A stretch of DNA of 63,955 bases, counting the filler, from Reclinomonas americana ATCC 50394 (taxonomy: Eukaryota): NCBI GenBank assembly GCA_048213135.1. It is 6 parts of 5 records of this genome, joined end to end, with 100 filler letters (N's around TTAATTAATTAA, not from the genome) between each part and the next. Parts side by side here need not be neighbours in the genome. Positions count along the whole stretch, not along the records: positions 43,662 to 56,352 come from PS015441.1; positions 56,453 to 58,650 come from PS015443.1; positions 58,751 to 62,628 come from PS015444.1; positions 62,729 to 63,955 come from PS015459.1; 2 more parts are not named here. One strand, 5' to 3'. Below are positions 51,440 to 63,847 of this stretch, piece by piece. Position 1 is the first letter of the stretch. Each line of letters begins with the position of its first letter. The notes beneath the pieces are model-generated. The model was given only the letters and a program-made list of their open reading frames with translations, did no database searches and was not told the origin of the DNA. The translations under genes and the position numbers were made by a program.

Positions 51440-54400
51440 TTACGCGGTACCAAACGCCACCCACGAGAAGTCCGCCTGAGTCTGGTGGTTGCCGCTGTTG
51501 TAGATGCCGCCGCCGCTGCTGTCCTCAGCACCACCCTCGGCAGTGAAGCCAGTGGGTGCCACCGACGCAATAATCACGTCAACAGTCGCACCCCATGCAG
51601 ACGACGTGCCGTCGGCAGCCAGAGTGGCATTGTCGGAGCTGTCGACCTGCACACCTCGCAGGAACGTCAGCACCTGCGGAGGCGCGTTGAAGGCGTTGCT
51701 GAAGGTGATGGACGTCGTGCCGCCAGTCAGCGTGCCCTCGCCCACCAACATCTGGTAGCCGCCATTGACGCCAGTGGGGAACGACATCCACGAGTAGGCA
51801 AGACGGGCAATGCGTGAGTCGAGCAGCGCGCTCGCCTCGTGCGAGAACTTCTCCGTCGTGATCGAGGCCAGTGGCAGAGTCGCAGTGAAGCGCACGTCAC
51901 GGCCGCGGCCAGTGTACAAGTGGCGCAGACCGTGAGCAATCACCGGCGGCGAGTTGTACAGCGACGGCAGCTGGCTGTGGCGCTCCGTCTTGGTCTGAGT
52001 GCGCGTGCCGGCACCAGTAGACGGCACACGCCACCAGTCGGCACGGCCCTGCGACGAGTACAGCAGAGTACCCGTGTTGGAGCGAGCCAGATCGCGCGGC
52101 GTGAACTGCGCCAAGATGCTGATGCTGAACGACGTGATCTGAGTGTCGCTGTAGGTCACGCAGCGAGTGGTGATCGACCGCGTGTCGAAGCGCTCAGCAG
52201 AGCAGTACAGGCGACCATCCGAGTTGTTGGCCAACAGGAACGAGTTCATGCCAACCAGAATCGCCGGGCGGCGCGCAAACTCCTCCGAGAAAGTGGTGGT
52301 GGTGGTGAACACACGAGTGCCGACGCCATCATCAAAGTTGGCCGCCTGCCACGCCGCAGCGTCGCTCATGTGGTCGATCGAGAGCGATTGCACGTCTGCA
52401 CAAAAACAACGAAAAAGAACAGTGTGAGAATCATCGTCGTCACCACAAAAACGACAGAGTAATAACGCAACGAGAGCCAACGCTGATAATGCCGCGCGGC
52501 ACCTCCGCCCACACCGACGTGTTGACCTTGCGGTAGCACACCTTGTACGAGCCGCCAGTGGCAATGGTGGTGGGAATCACGGCCTTGCCGCAGAAGCCCG
52601 ACTCGTCGCACTCCGACATGGCCGTGGCACCGACCGTCACACTGCTGGCATTGCCGGGGCCGCACACCAGGCCCACCTTGGCAATCGAGAACAGCGTGCA
52701 CTCGGTGAAGAAGTCACCAAGCACAGTCAGCGAGAACGGCGCGCCAGCAGTCGCCACATTCGGGAAGCTGAGCGTGGCAGCCGGCTGCGTCGAGGCTGCA
52801 AACGAGAGGACAGCAAAAAGGTGGTCACACAAACTTGCCTTCTCCCGCAAACAATCGCAAACAACACATCACTCACCAGTCACAGTGATCGTCGCAAGCG
52901 ACGTGTACGCCTGGATGCGGTTAAAGCGACCGCACAGGTTGTACGAGCCAGTCGCCAGCAGATCTGAGCACGTCGGGTTGAGCGACGACACCGGGTTGGT
53001 GCGCGTGTCCACACGGAGGAACAGCGCATTGGCGAGGCCGCTAGTGACCGCGCGGACACCCATGTTGCCAGAAACCGGCGGGTTCGGGCCATTGCCGCAA
53101 GCGCCAGAAACAATGTAGAACTGGAAGTTGGACGGCGTCTGGCTGAGCAGAGACAGATTCGCGCCCGAGATGGTCACCACAGCATTGGCAACGCCCGACG
53201 GCAGCGACGTCGGCGACACTTGCGGGGTCACTGCAATGGTTTTCACACACAAATGTCAGCGCACACGCAACACACAACACAGAGAGGAGGAAAGAAGGGA
53301 AGAAGAAGAAACGCAACAAATGTTGATCGAGACATTCAGCACCGGGCTCCACACCGGAGTACCGACAGTGGTGTCGGGCGACTGGCACAGGTACTGGTTG
53401 CTCGCCGCAGTGCTCTGCGTCAGCGTGGCAAACGAGATCAGCGCGTGCGTCGCGGTCGGCGTCACAGTGGCAGTGATGTTGGCATTGCGGTTGGCGCAGT
53501 TCTTGTCCGAGGCAACAGCAAACGCCTGGTTGGCACCAGTGTAGAAGCCACCGCGCACGTCAAGAGTCTGGCCAGGGCCAGCCTTGCCAGCAATCAGCGG
53601 CACAACAATCGGGTACCACACGCACGGCGCCTCCACCGTCAGCGTCGCACCAGTCGGGCGGTAGCGAACCGGCGCCGTCTGGTCCAGCGGGTTCGAACAG
53701 ATGAGGTACGTGCCAGGCGCAATACCAGTGGTGCGATCCGCCCACGTGAGGATGGCCGAGGTGGCACCATTCACAGTCACCGTGTGTTGGGCGAGCTGTT
53801 GTTGAGACGTTGTGTAGTTGAGTACGCAAGAAAACAAAAAACAAAAATCACTGAAAGCAATAGCAAGCAGCACAAACCTCCGGAACGTTGCTAGTCGGCG
53901 CCACAGTAGTGGTAGTCGCGCACGAGCCGTCAGTGGCCTGAGCGTTGAACACAGCGTACTGGTAGCCGACAGCGTCGTTGAAGTGCGTGCCAGCCAGCGT
54001 AATGGTCTTGCGACGGCCAGAGCCGAGCTCAATGTTCTCAGGCAGCGACGCGTCGGGCACATCGTCAGAGTCAATTCCGCACACGCCGCGCTGAATCGAC
54101 TTGTTGGCGTTGATGCATGAGCCAGCCACACGCATGGTCGCGCCAGTCCAAGCAGGGTTGCTGCCGCCATTCGACATGCAGAGGAAGTACACGCCAGGCG
54201 GAGTCAGCGCGCTGGTGAGTAGCGAGTACTGGCGGGTGCCAGCGCCGGCCTTGGCAATGCTGATCGTCGTGTCGACAGACTGCGGGACACTGCCGTAGCA
54301 GTTGGCCGAGATGGCGGCCGTATACTGAATCGACGACGACGGCGCAGCCTCGGAGAAGATGCCACCGGCAGCCGCAGTCACCGTCACCGGCGTCGAGCCC

Positions 54401-56134
54401 TGGCAGCCCGGAGTCAGCTGAATCTCGCTGAACTGGTTGAGGGCGCCACCGAGGCCAAAGTCGGACAAGCACGTGCCGTCGTTGCGGGCCACAATGCCAG
54501 TCCACGCCCACACCAGCGAGCTCGGAGTGCGAGTGCACAGGTAGAGACCGCCGCTCTGCGGAGCCGATGCCGAGCGCACGGCAAACTCGAAGCTGTTGCC
54601 GCCATTGAAGCCGCCGCTGGTAACAGTGCTGTCTTGGCTCGGGATGGCGATCACAGTCGACGGCGTCACACAAGTCTGGTCGCTGAAGAGACCGACCGAG
54701 AGGGGCTTGTTGAGCGGCATGTTGAAGCCTTCGGCGATGATGGTCACCGGAGAGAGCGTGCTGCACGGGCTGGCACCGTCAGTGGCCAGCAGCGGGCGCG
54801 GCGACGTGAAGCACGAAGCGTCGACCAACAGCGAAGAGCCGGTGGCGACCCAATCAGTGCCATTGGCCGTGTAGCAAATCTGCAGCGCGCTCGAGACGGC
54901 GCTCGTCTGCGCCGAAGTGTCGAACGACACCGTGGCAGCGGTGGCCGAGCTCGCCGCGACCGTGATGCCAATCGCCTGGTTGGCCGTCGTGCAGGTAGCG
55001 TCGGTGAAGGCGCGGTAGATTCTGGTGTTGCCCGACGAGCTGGCCAGGTTGGCGCCAGTGATAGCGTACTGCTGAGTGCCGCTGAAGCAACCGCCCAGAG
55101 CGAGCTGGAGGGAGAGGAGGAAGAAGATTTTGAGCAAAGACACCAAGCAACAGACCAAAACTACAAAACACAAACCTGGAATGCGTTGGCAGGCGTGGGC
55201 TTCGACGCCTCCTGCTCGACAGTGCCAATGCACGCGCCAGCAGTCGACACCACAATGCCCGTGTTGTAGAACACCGACGCGGCATCAGTTTGGATGCACA
55301 GGTAGTACAGCGAGTTGTCGGTAAGACCAGTGCTGTTGATCGTCAGCGTCTGCGACGTGGCAGTGCCATTGGTGGCGCTCGTCGCGGCCGTGGCCGAGGC
55401 CGGTGCCGCACCCGAGCAGGCACTGGTGCCGGCACTGAAGCTAGTAAACAGACCAAGGGTCGAGCCATTGGCCAGCGCCGAGCCGTTCACGGCTTGCGTC
55501 TGTGCAGTGATCGGAATCGGCGTCGCAGAGCACGACGCGGCCAGCACGAGCACATAGCTGCTCGTGTAGGCTGTGCGAGGAGAGAAGGTGGAGGAAGAGA
55601 GACAACGAATAAGATCAGTCAGCCACAAACACGACAAACGGTTACATGCAGCAAAAATCGCGTGTGTCCGGAAACGAAACTGGGTGCGTCGGTAACGGTG
55701 AAAGCGGTCGTTGCAATCACGTCGGCCTGCGCCAGCTGGCGTGCAGTCACCGTCAGAGTGCCGCCGCCAACCGGGGAGTTGAGCAGCAGGTCCCACTGCA
55801 GAGTGAACGTGACCGAGGCGGCGGCTGCCAGGTTGGAACCAGTGCAGCTGCTGCTGGTGCAGGCGCCACTCGACACAGCCGTGTCATAGACCACCGACTG
55901 AGAGGTGAAGGCTGCGCCGAGGTTGAAGTCGAGCGACCAGTCCGAACCAGAGATGGGTCCCGCCGTGGGGTTGTTGACAGTGACGGAGAAGGTGAGGAGA
56001 CCGCCCTGCGGTGCCGTGACCGTGGTGATGGCGTCGATTGTGAGTTGCGCAGTGGCTGCGTGCGCCACTGCAATGAGGACGAAGGCGGCAAGCACCAACG
56101 TCAGCGCCGACGTCGAGCGGCGCTGTTGCTGCAT
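51440..56134 (-). CDS. Large secreted/surface protein: signal peptide, Ig-like (DUF11-like) domain, ~8 Cys-containing beta-rich repeats and C-terminal H-type-lectin-like domains
   Basis: Signal-like LTLVLAAFVLIAVAHA, then LTFSVTVNN...VTFTL. Repeats end in Y/L-x-L/I/V-C...TG. The C-terminus has FSEEFARRPAILVGM, YNSPPVIAHGL and FSNAFNAPPQVLTFL...DFSWVAFG. Confidence 0.75.
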
Positions 56135-56452
56135 GATGGATGGTGGTGGTGGTGGTGGTGGAGTGCGAAACAGAGCAAACAACTAAACAAACAAACAAAA
56201 AACTGCGGAGGGGGGGGGGGGATGCAGAGCGCAGCAGGGTGTGAGCTCCAAAGGGCAACGTGTATGTGTGTGTGTGTTAACGACAACAACCGCACAGCGC
56301 AACACACCTGCTTGTAGGAGACGCGGGCCACGAGGTAGTTGCCGACGCTCCGNNNNNNNNNNNNNNNNNNNNNNNNNNNNNNNNNNNNNNNNNNNNTTAA
56401 TTAATTAANNNNNNNNNNNNNNNNNNNNNNNNNNNNNNNNNNNNNNNNNNNN

Positions 56453-58650
56453 ATGGAAAAGTGAAAAAGAGCGGATGCCGCAGGCAGGCCACAAGCAGAA
56501 ACGCTCACCCTCTTTCTCGAAGACTCCATCCATGATCACGACTTGTCGCCAGTACAGCGGTGCGGCCATCATCCGGCGAGCCAGTTGCTGCGGGTCTTCT
56601 GCGCGAGTGTGGGCAAGGTGTGATGAACAGAAGCCATCATGTGATCGCACTCTCATCAAAACGCAACGTTGCAACTGTCGCAGGTCGTCATCGATTGCGG
56701 CAGCCATGCAGGCGGCTTCAGGGTTGATTACGTGTTCTGACGATTGTTCTCGCCGCTGCCGTGCTATTGTGAGAGGGGAACATTGCGCGCGACTCTCCAC
56801 CGATCTCACCCGCGAGTGTTCGCCATTCAGTGTGTGCATCAAACGATGCAGGATGACGCGGGTGCGAAACAGCGCAGAGCGCAAGTCACTCGAGAAATGC
56901 TGCATGAGCGTCACCGTGTCGACCGTGTCGTCGGGTGGCGTCGGCTGCTGCAGGCTTCCCGACGACGGCTCCAAAATCTGATTCAAGTCAACAGATGCAC
57001 ACTCACACCATCGAGGGACAGCGTTCCACACAGATCTCTCACCGACAAGACAATGTCACGCTGCTGCGCCACCTGGCCGTCACCGACATCGATGGTGGTG
57101 CGGAACACAACGCGGGGAATTGTATGTGGCGTCCTCCTGCCCACATCAGGCAAATGCTGCTTTAGTCGCCTGCCTCGCAGCTGACGAATGCCACCACTCA
57201 CCGCTCGACAATCAGTTGCACCGGGCACGCCGTAGCGCCACCCAACAACACATCGCCGAGCACCATTGGTTTCGGCAGTCGCACAACAATGTTCTCCACA
57301 AACGCAATCNNNNNNNNNNNNNNNNNNNNNNNNNNNNNNNNNNNNNNNNNNNNNNNNNNNNNNNNNNNNNNNNNNNNNNNNNNNNNNNNNNNNNNNNNNN
57401 NNNNNNNNNNNNNNNNNNNNNNNNNNNNNNNNNNNNNNNNNNNNNNNNNNNNNNNNNNNNNNNNNNNNNNNNNNNNNNNNNNNNNNNNNNNNNNNNNNNN
57501 NNNNNNNNNNNNNNNNNNNNNNNNNNNNNNNNNNNNNNNNNNNNNNNNNNNNNNNNNNNNNNNNNNNNNNNNNNNNNNNNNNNNNNNNNNNNNNNNNNNN
57601 NNNNNNNNNNNNNNNNNNNNNNNNNNNNNNNNNNNNNNNNNNNNNNNNNNNNNNNNNNNNNNNNNNNNNNNNNNNNNNNNNNNNNNNNNNNNNNNNNNNN
57701 NNNNNNNNNNNNNNNNNNNNNNNNNNNNNNNNNNNNNNNNNNNNNNNNNNNNNNNNNNNNNNNNNNNNNNNNNNNNNNNNNNNNNNNNNNNNNNNNNNNN
57801 NNNNNNNNNNNNNNNNNNNNNNNNNNNNNNNNNNNNNNNNNNNNNNNNNNNNNNNNNNNNNNNNNNNNNNNNNNNNNNNNNNNNNNNNNNNNNNNNNNNN
57901 NNNNNNNNNNNNNNNNNNNNNNNNNNNNNNNNNNNNNNNNNNNNNNNNNNNNNNNNNNNNNNNNNNNNNNNNNNNNNNNNNNNNNNNNNNNNNNNNNNNN
58001 NNNNNNNNNNNNNNNNNNNNNNNNNNNNNNNNNNNNNNNNNNNNNNNNNNNNNNNNNNNNNNNNNNNNNNNNNNNNNNNNNNNNNNNNNNNNNNNNNNTG
58101 CTGCGTGATGACGGTGCCGTTCACTCGCAACGCCGTGTGCGAAGGTGGCTGCCACAATGGAAACAGTGTAAGCAAGAGCCACCGACTACCGAGGCGAGAA
58201 CAAGGCATGTTACCGTGACGGGCGACAATGGCGACAGTCCCTGCGGCAGCACGTTGAGCACGCTGCGTGTCGACACGGGATGTCGTGCGGCGATCACTCC
58301 ACGAATGGCCGCTAACCACTCGCTCATGCTGTGCTCCGAGTCAAGCGACACGCTGAGTGACTTGTTGGCGCCAACCACCGTCACAATGAACGCTGACGAT
58401 ATTAATGATGATGATGATGAGATCACAAGAAATAGTTCAGGCACAAGGCTGACGACAGCGGCGCACGTTTTCTGGTCGACTGCTCCCGCGCCACATCGCG
58501 AGAGACTTGCGAATCACGTCGCAAGAGCACGACGTTCAGCGGGCCTCGCTCGACAGAGTGCGCAGCGGACTTGTCGGCAAAGTAGAACACCGCCTGCGGT
58601 GTGAGTAATATGTATCGCTTCTTCCACGACTTGACACGCGAGCCTGTATC
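56453..58650 (-). CDS. PH-domain-containing protein fragments (two contigs)
   Basis: VIMDGVFEKEG lies at the 56453 end. VFYFADK...AFIVTV...SEHSMSEWLAAIRGVI lies in 58099-58650. Confidence 0.5.
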
Positions 58651-58750
58651 NNNNNNNNNNNNNNNNNNNNNNNNNNNNNNNNNNNNNNNNNNNNTTAATT
58701 AATTAANNNNNNNNNNNNNNNNNNNNNNNNNNNNNNNNNNNNNNNNNNNN

Positions 58751-60157
58751 TGTATAGAGTGGACAAGTGCTCGACGGGTCGCGTGTATGTGCTGGCGTGC
58801 CCGACGGCGTCGCGGGAGCTCTTTTTCTGGATGCAAGAGCCGTCGGAGGAGAAGGACGAGGAGTTTGCCAACAAGATCAACGAGTACATTGCCAGTCCGC
58901 CAGATCCCTCCATGGCCATGGGCGGGGCGGGTGGATTCAATCTCGGTGCTCTCCTCGGGCAAATGGGTGGCGGTGCTGGTGGTGCTGGTGGTTTGTAAGA
59001 CCTCTCTCTGTCTCTCTCTGTCTCTCTGTGAGTGTGTCGTAGATTGTCGTGCGCTCTCTCTTGTGGTTGACGGCGCGAGGCTTTGTTGTTCTCGCTTGTC
59101 GTCGTCGGTGTCGTGCTCGAATGAAATGTCAAAAAGATGGTTGTAGTTTTGTTTGCTCATGCACGTCTCTTCTCTCTTTGCTTTTTCTGCTGTCTGCGTG
59201 GCAGAGTCTCGTGCGATGCGGCCACCGCGCACCCCGGCCACACCCGCCACATCGTCGAGGTGAGCACCGCGGCACGCAAAGCTTGTTCCCCCCTCCCCAT
59301 CCGTCCTCCGACCGTGCTGCTTGTGTGCAGTGTGCCAGTGGCGGTTCCTGCTGCTCCGGCTCGTCCTCCGGCCCAGGCGCGCCAGCCGGCAGCGCCTCCC
59401 GCACCTCCACCAGCAGCTGCTCCTGCTGCTGCTCCTGCCCCTGCCCCTGCCCCTGCTCCAGCCGCGCCAGCTGCTGCCGCCGGTGGTGGGTTCTCACTCG
59501 ACGATTTCCAGCGCATGCTGGCGGCATTCAGCAACCCGATTGCCGGAGGTGGGATCCAGCTTTGATCGACTCAGTGCCTTGCCCCCTTTTCCTCATCTGC
59601 CCTCCTGCACAGGCGCGCCGGCTGCGGGCTCCGGCTCCATGGGCTCCATGGGCGGTTTCGGCGATTTGGCCAGCATGATGGGCATGCAGATGAGGGACGA
59701 CGGTGTCAAAATCACCGACGTGCTGGAGCTGGAGGAGCTCATTCCTGTGCTGCAACGGCATCCCGACATCACATCGAATGCCGAGTTGCTGGAGCACTTG
59801 CCGGTGATGCCGAGTGGTCAGCCCGATCAGGTGTACGAGACGTTGGCGTCGCCGCAATTCCAGCAGGCCGTCGGTGTGCTCGAGTCGGCGCTGTCGTCGG
59901 GTCATGTTTCGTCTACTGGTGTCGGTGTGTGCTGAGTAGTTCTGCGAGTCCTAACACGCTTGCAGGCTCGCTCCTTGCTCGCCTCGTTTGGTCTGCAACC
60001 GGCGCCGAATGCACGGCCAGGAGGTGCGTACATTGTGGTCTCCCACCCGTGTTGTCTTTCCAATGATTCTCAACGCTGAGCGCGTGCAGGTGTGGAGGCG
60101 TTCCTCGCTGCCATTCAGGCCAAGGCCGATCAAGACAAGGCCTCCAAGTCCTCGTAA
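58751..60157 (+). CDS. RPN13: Proteasome ubiquitin receptor Rpn13/ADRM1, middle and C-terminal part
   Basis: TGRVYVL...LFFWMQEPSEEKDEEFANKINEYI (end of Pru domain) and LLEHLP...LASPQFQQAV...LESAL...GVEAFL (DEUBAD). Confidence 0.92.
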
Positions 60158-60362
60158 ACAACACGTTTCATTTCAGCGGCGACTGTACACTGACAACGGA
60201 AGAGACAGTGGGAATGCACAAGCGTGGGAGGAAATGAAACAGTAAAGGAGAGAAAGGGAAACGAATGTACACGATATGTAGGTTGGTTGGGAGGGAAGGA
60301 AGGAAGGCAGGAAAGGTTGCTCTAAAGTGTGCAAGTATGTATGTGACAATGAACAAGAAGAA

Positions 60363-61231
60363 TCAACGCTTCGGCCACTGCGACGGCGACGGCTGGGAGG
60401 CCGCTCCGCCACCACCTCCGCTGACAAACGTCGCCGGGGCCACACGACTCTTGGTGTTGCGAATGCGACCCGGGTTGCCGGCACGTTGCTGTTGGGAGAG
60501 AGAGAAAATACATCAGAGACCTTCTCGCAAGAAATAATGCACGATGGACGCAACTCGTTGGGTTTGCTCGTCGAGAGCCGGGAACGGATTGAACACTCGC
60601 TGGTGGGTGCTGCTGACCGGCGGCGGCGGAGCCATGGCCCCGACACCCATGGCCAGTGACGGGTTGGCGGCTGCCGACTCGGCATAGTCGAATGCGCTCG
60701 ACGCCGAACCACCACTGCTGGCGCTGCTGCTGCGCTTGCTCTTGCCGCGGCGACTGCTTCGCTTCTCTTGACGCCGCGGTCCAGAGCCGGGCGACGAGGG
60801 AGGCAGCATCTGTCCAGCACCACCACTGCCGCCAGCTGCAGCGCTGCCAGCAGCAGCGCCTGCCGCGACCGACGGACCACTGGCGCCAGAAGCTGCTGCA
60901 GCGGCGGCAGCGGCAGCAGCAGCAGCGTCCGACGGTTGCTGTTGCGGATTGAACTCGCTTCCTGAGACGCGAGAAAAACGTCAGCGAAACAGTGGGTAGC
61001 CACAGCAGTGGCAAGAAACAGAGAGACGCAACGAGATCCGTACGGCCCACTGTCGCCGGCGGTGCGCTCGGCGTCTTTCAGCCACCCGACGCGTTGCAAG
61101 AACTCCTTGACGTCGCCCGTGGCGGCCGTGCTGACCTCTTCCACTTCCGGTTTGCGTGAACGCTTGCGCTTCGTGTCGTCGACCTCGGCGTCTTCTGCCT
61201 GGTCGCTCGACTGCATCTCGTGCTTCCGACG
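60363..61231 (-). CDS. C-terminal fragment resembling the tail of exosome nuclease RRP6/EXOSC10
   Basis: Basic/low-complexity tail with AFDY, FNPF and terminal WPKR. Recognised only from short motifs; no catalytic domain is visible. Confidence 0.4.
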
Positions 61232-61639
61232 NNNNNNNNNNNNNNNNNNNNNNNNNNNNNNNNNNNNNNNNNNNNNNNNNNNNNNNNNNNNNNNNNNNNN
61301 NNNNNNNNNNNNNNNNNNNNNNNNNNNNNNNNNNNNNNNNNNNNNNNNNNNNNNNNNNNNNNNNNNNNNNNNNNNNNNNNNNNNNNNNNNNNNNNNNNNN
61401 NNNNNNNNNNNNNNNNNNNNNNNNNNNNNNNNNNNNNNNNNNNNNNNNNNNNNNNNNNNNNNNNNNNNNNNNNNNNNNNNNNNNNNNNNNNNNNNNNNNN
61501 NNNNNNNNNNNNNNNNNNNNNNNNNNNNNNNNNNNNNNNNNNNNNNNNNNNNNNNNNNNNNNNNNNNNNNNNNNNNNNNNNNNNNNNNNNNNNNNNNNNN
61601 NNNNNNNNNNNNNNNNNNNNNNNNNNNNNNNNNNNNNNN

Positions 61640-62330
61640 GAGACAAACGAAAGCATGCGCCCACCTGGCCAACACGTGCAACTCGGTCGACGATCCACAC
61701 CACACCGGCGTGATCTCCATTCGCAAACACTGCAGCGCCTCATTCACCTGCTGCCGCGCCACCAACTCCACATACTTGAGCTCCAAGATGCGACACACAA
61801 GCTCCCGCCCGCGCGTCGGATGATGCCGCACACACTCACACGCCTGGAGAGAGACGCGTTGAGCCCCGACGACGACAACCACAAACGCGCACACACCGAA
61901 AAGAACCTTATCCCAGTCACCGGCCAACAAGTGATCCCTGAAGCGCAACACATGCGACTCAAACAAGCGCACACCAGACTCACGTTCCAACTGCGTCACA
62001 CTCTCCCTACAAAAAAACACAATGAATCCACAATGCTCAATCAATCATCACTCAATCATCACACAAACACACACACAAACCGATACCCCAGCGAGTCCAA
62101 TCCCTGCAGAATCAACTTGACAACCTCTGTGCGATCCAAGCCCGCAAACGCCGCATCGTCGCCATCGACCATCATCTCCGCCGCAGACATTGTGCGCGCA
62201 ATCTTGCGTGGAGGCTCCTCTTCCTCCTCTTCTTCTTCTTCTTCTTCCTTGTGTGACTCCTCCACCGACGCCACCTCCCACTCGCGCTTGTGTCCGGCTG
62301 CTCGCCTCAGTGTGACAGCCTGCTCTTCCT
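61640..62330 (-). CDS. LisH-CTLH protein, N-terminal part (WDR26/GID7-like)
   Basis: DRTEVVKLILQGLDSLGYR|ESVTQLERESGV...FRDHLLAGDWDK...ILELKYVEL...ALQCLRMEITP. Confidence 0.8.
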
Positions 62331-62405
62331 CGCCACACACGCACACCAAAGAAAACGCGCAATTTATGTGTGCAAATTCGTTTGTTTGCTTACACACTCA
62401 CACAA

Positions 62406-62628
62406 TGGACGAGCGGTTGTTGGCGGCACTGGCGGCGCAGCATGGCATGGGCGGTGCTGAGGTGCGCATGCTGTCTCTCTCACATACAGAGAGAGATGCG
62501 TGTGTGTGTGTTTGTTTGCTGACACACGCACAATGTCGCGCAGGAGGGCCCTCTGGTGGAGTTCCGCGCGGGCACGCTGCACTTGAACAGTGGCATGGTG
62601 ACGGCAGACAAGCGGAAAGGCATGGTTG
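62406..62628 (+). CDS. RPN13: Rpn13/ADRM1 N-terminal exons
   Basis: MDERLL...|EGPLVEFRAGTLHLNSGMVTADKRKGMV matches the start of the Pru domain (LVEFRAG...VT.DKRKG). Confidence 0.85.
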
Positions 62629-62728
62629 NNNNNNNNNNNNNNNNNNNNNNNNNNNNNNNNNNNNNNNNNNNNTTAATTAATTAANNNNNNNNNNNNNNNN
62701 NNNNNNNNNNNNNNNNNNNNNNNNNNNN

Positions 62729-63444
62729 ACACCGTCAACAATATGAGGACAAGGAGAAGAGTGATGACTTGCGCGTGCCAACGCAACGTTCTCGTCAATC
62801 AAGTGCAGGCAACCGTCATTGGGGACGAATGCCGTCACCTTCTTGCCGTTCTTGATGAGCTGCACACGCACGCACTTACGAATGGCAGAGTTCGGCTGCT
62901 TGGCCTCAATGCCGACTGCACAATAGCGAATGAACATGAGCCCAAAGAGACAAAGCGTTGGGTGAGAGAGAGCACACACGCACCCTTCTCGACGACGATG
63001 CCCTTGGCGTGGGACGAGCCTGCGCGCATCACAAGCAAAATCAGTCTCTCACACAAACTATGCCTGCTCCCTCAAAGACTCAATCAAAAGTGCACCTCCG
63101 AACGGGTTGGCCTATCAAGAAGGAGCACAACAGTGAGCAACCACGCACAGTCACACTCTGACACTCTCTGTTGGCACACACCTTCAGGGCAGTGCCAAAG
63201 TGAGCCTTCTTGTAGGTCTTGTCGGCTGCACACAGAAAGTGAGTCACTCTGGAACCTCATCACAGCTGCTCTCTCACAGACACGCACCCCAGCGGTTCAG
63301 CTGACGAGTCAGCTGTTCTCACACACACGCACAAGGAGGCGCAAACGAGTGAGCGACATGACGCACTTGAGCAAAGACAGGCACTCACACACAAACCTTC
63401 AGCTTGCGACCAGCGTTCACACCACGAGGCTTGTGCGATCCCAT
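62729..63444 (-). CDS. RPS23: 40S ribosomal protein S23 (uS12), 3'-truncated
   Basis: Spliced [93 protein letters not shown]. Confidence 0.97.
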
Positions 63445-63739
63445 GTTTTTCTCGGTTGTGTACAGAAAAGTCTGCGCACACGAGAGAGCGAGAGAGTGTG
63501 AGAGAGGAGAGGCGCATGCCGCACATGCACATGACCACCATCACGCACACACACGCAAACGCTCTCACAACGACGACACGCGCTGTCTGACTCCCTCGCA
63601 ACACACACACGCCACACACGCACAGCAAGACGACAGAAGGCAGCGAGAGACACAGAGGAGGCAATGTGCGCGCCCAGACACGAACCTGTTGATGGTGAGT
63701 GAATCAATGGAACGGACGGTGAATTGACACACACTCAGA

Positions 63740-63847
63740 ATGTCTTTGCGCGGCGACATCACAGAGCAGCAGGTCGTTGGCCGTCTGCAAGAAAGCGGAC
63801 GCTTTGATGCATTCCGCAAGCAAATCATCGAGACACTGCATCAGAAT
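63740..63847 (+). CDS. First exon of a BOD1/SHG1-like domain protein
   Basis: MSLRGDITEQQVVGRLQESGRFDAFRKQII resembles the L..sG.FD..R motif. It is followed by a GTTGCGC donor. Confidence 0.5.

Noticed and set aside
60173..62044. Single 623-aa ORF fusing LisH-CTLH to a low-complexity tail
   Set aside because: It is joined only through Ns, and the RPN13 halves show these two contigs are probably in swapped order.
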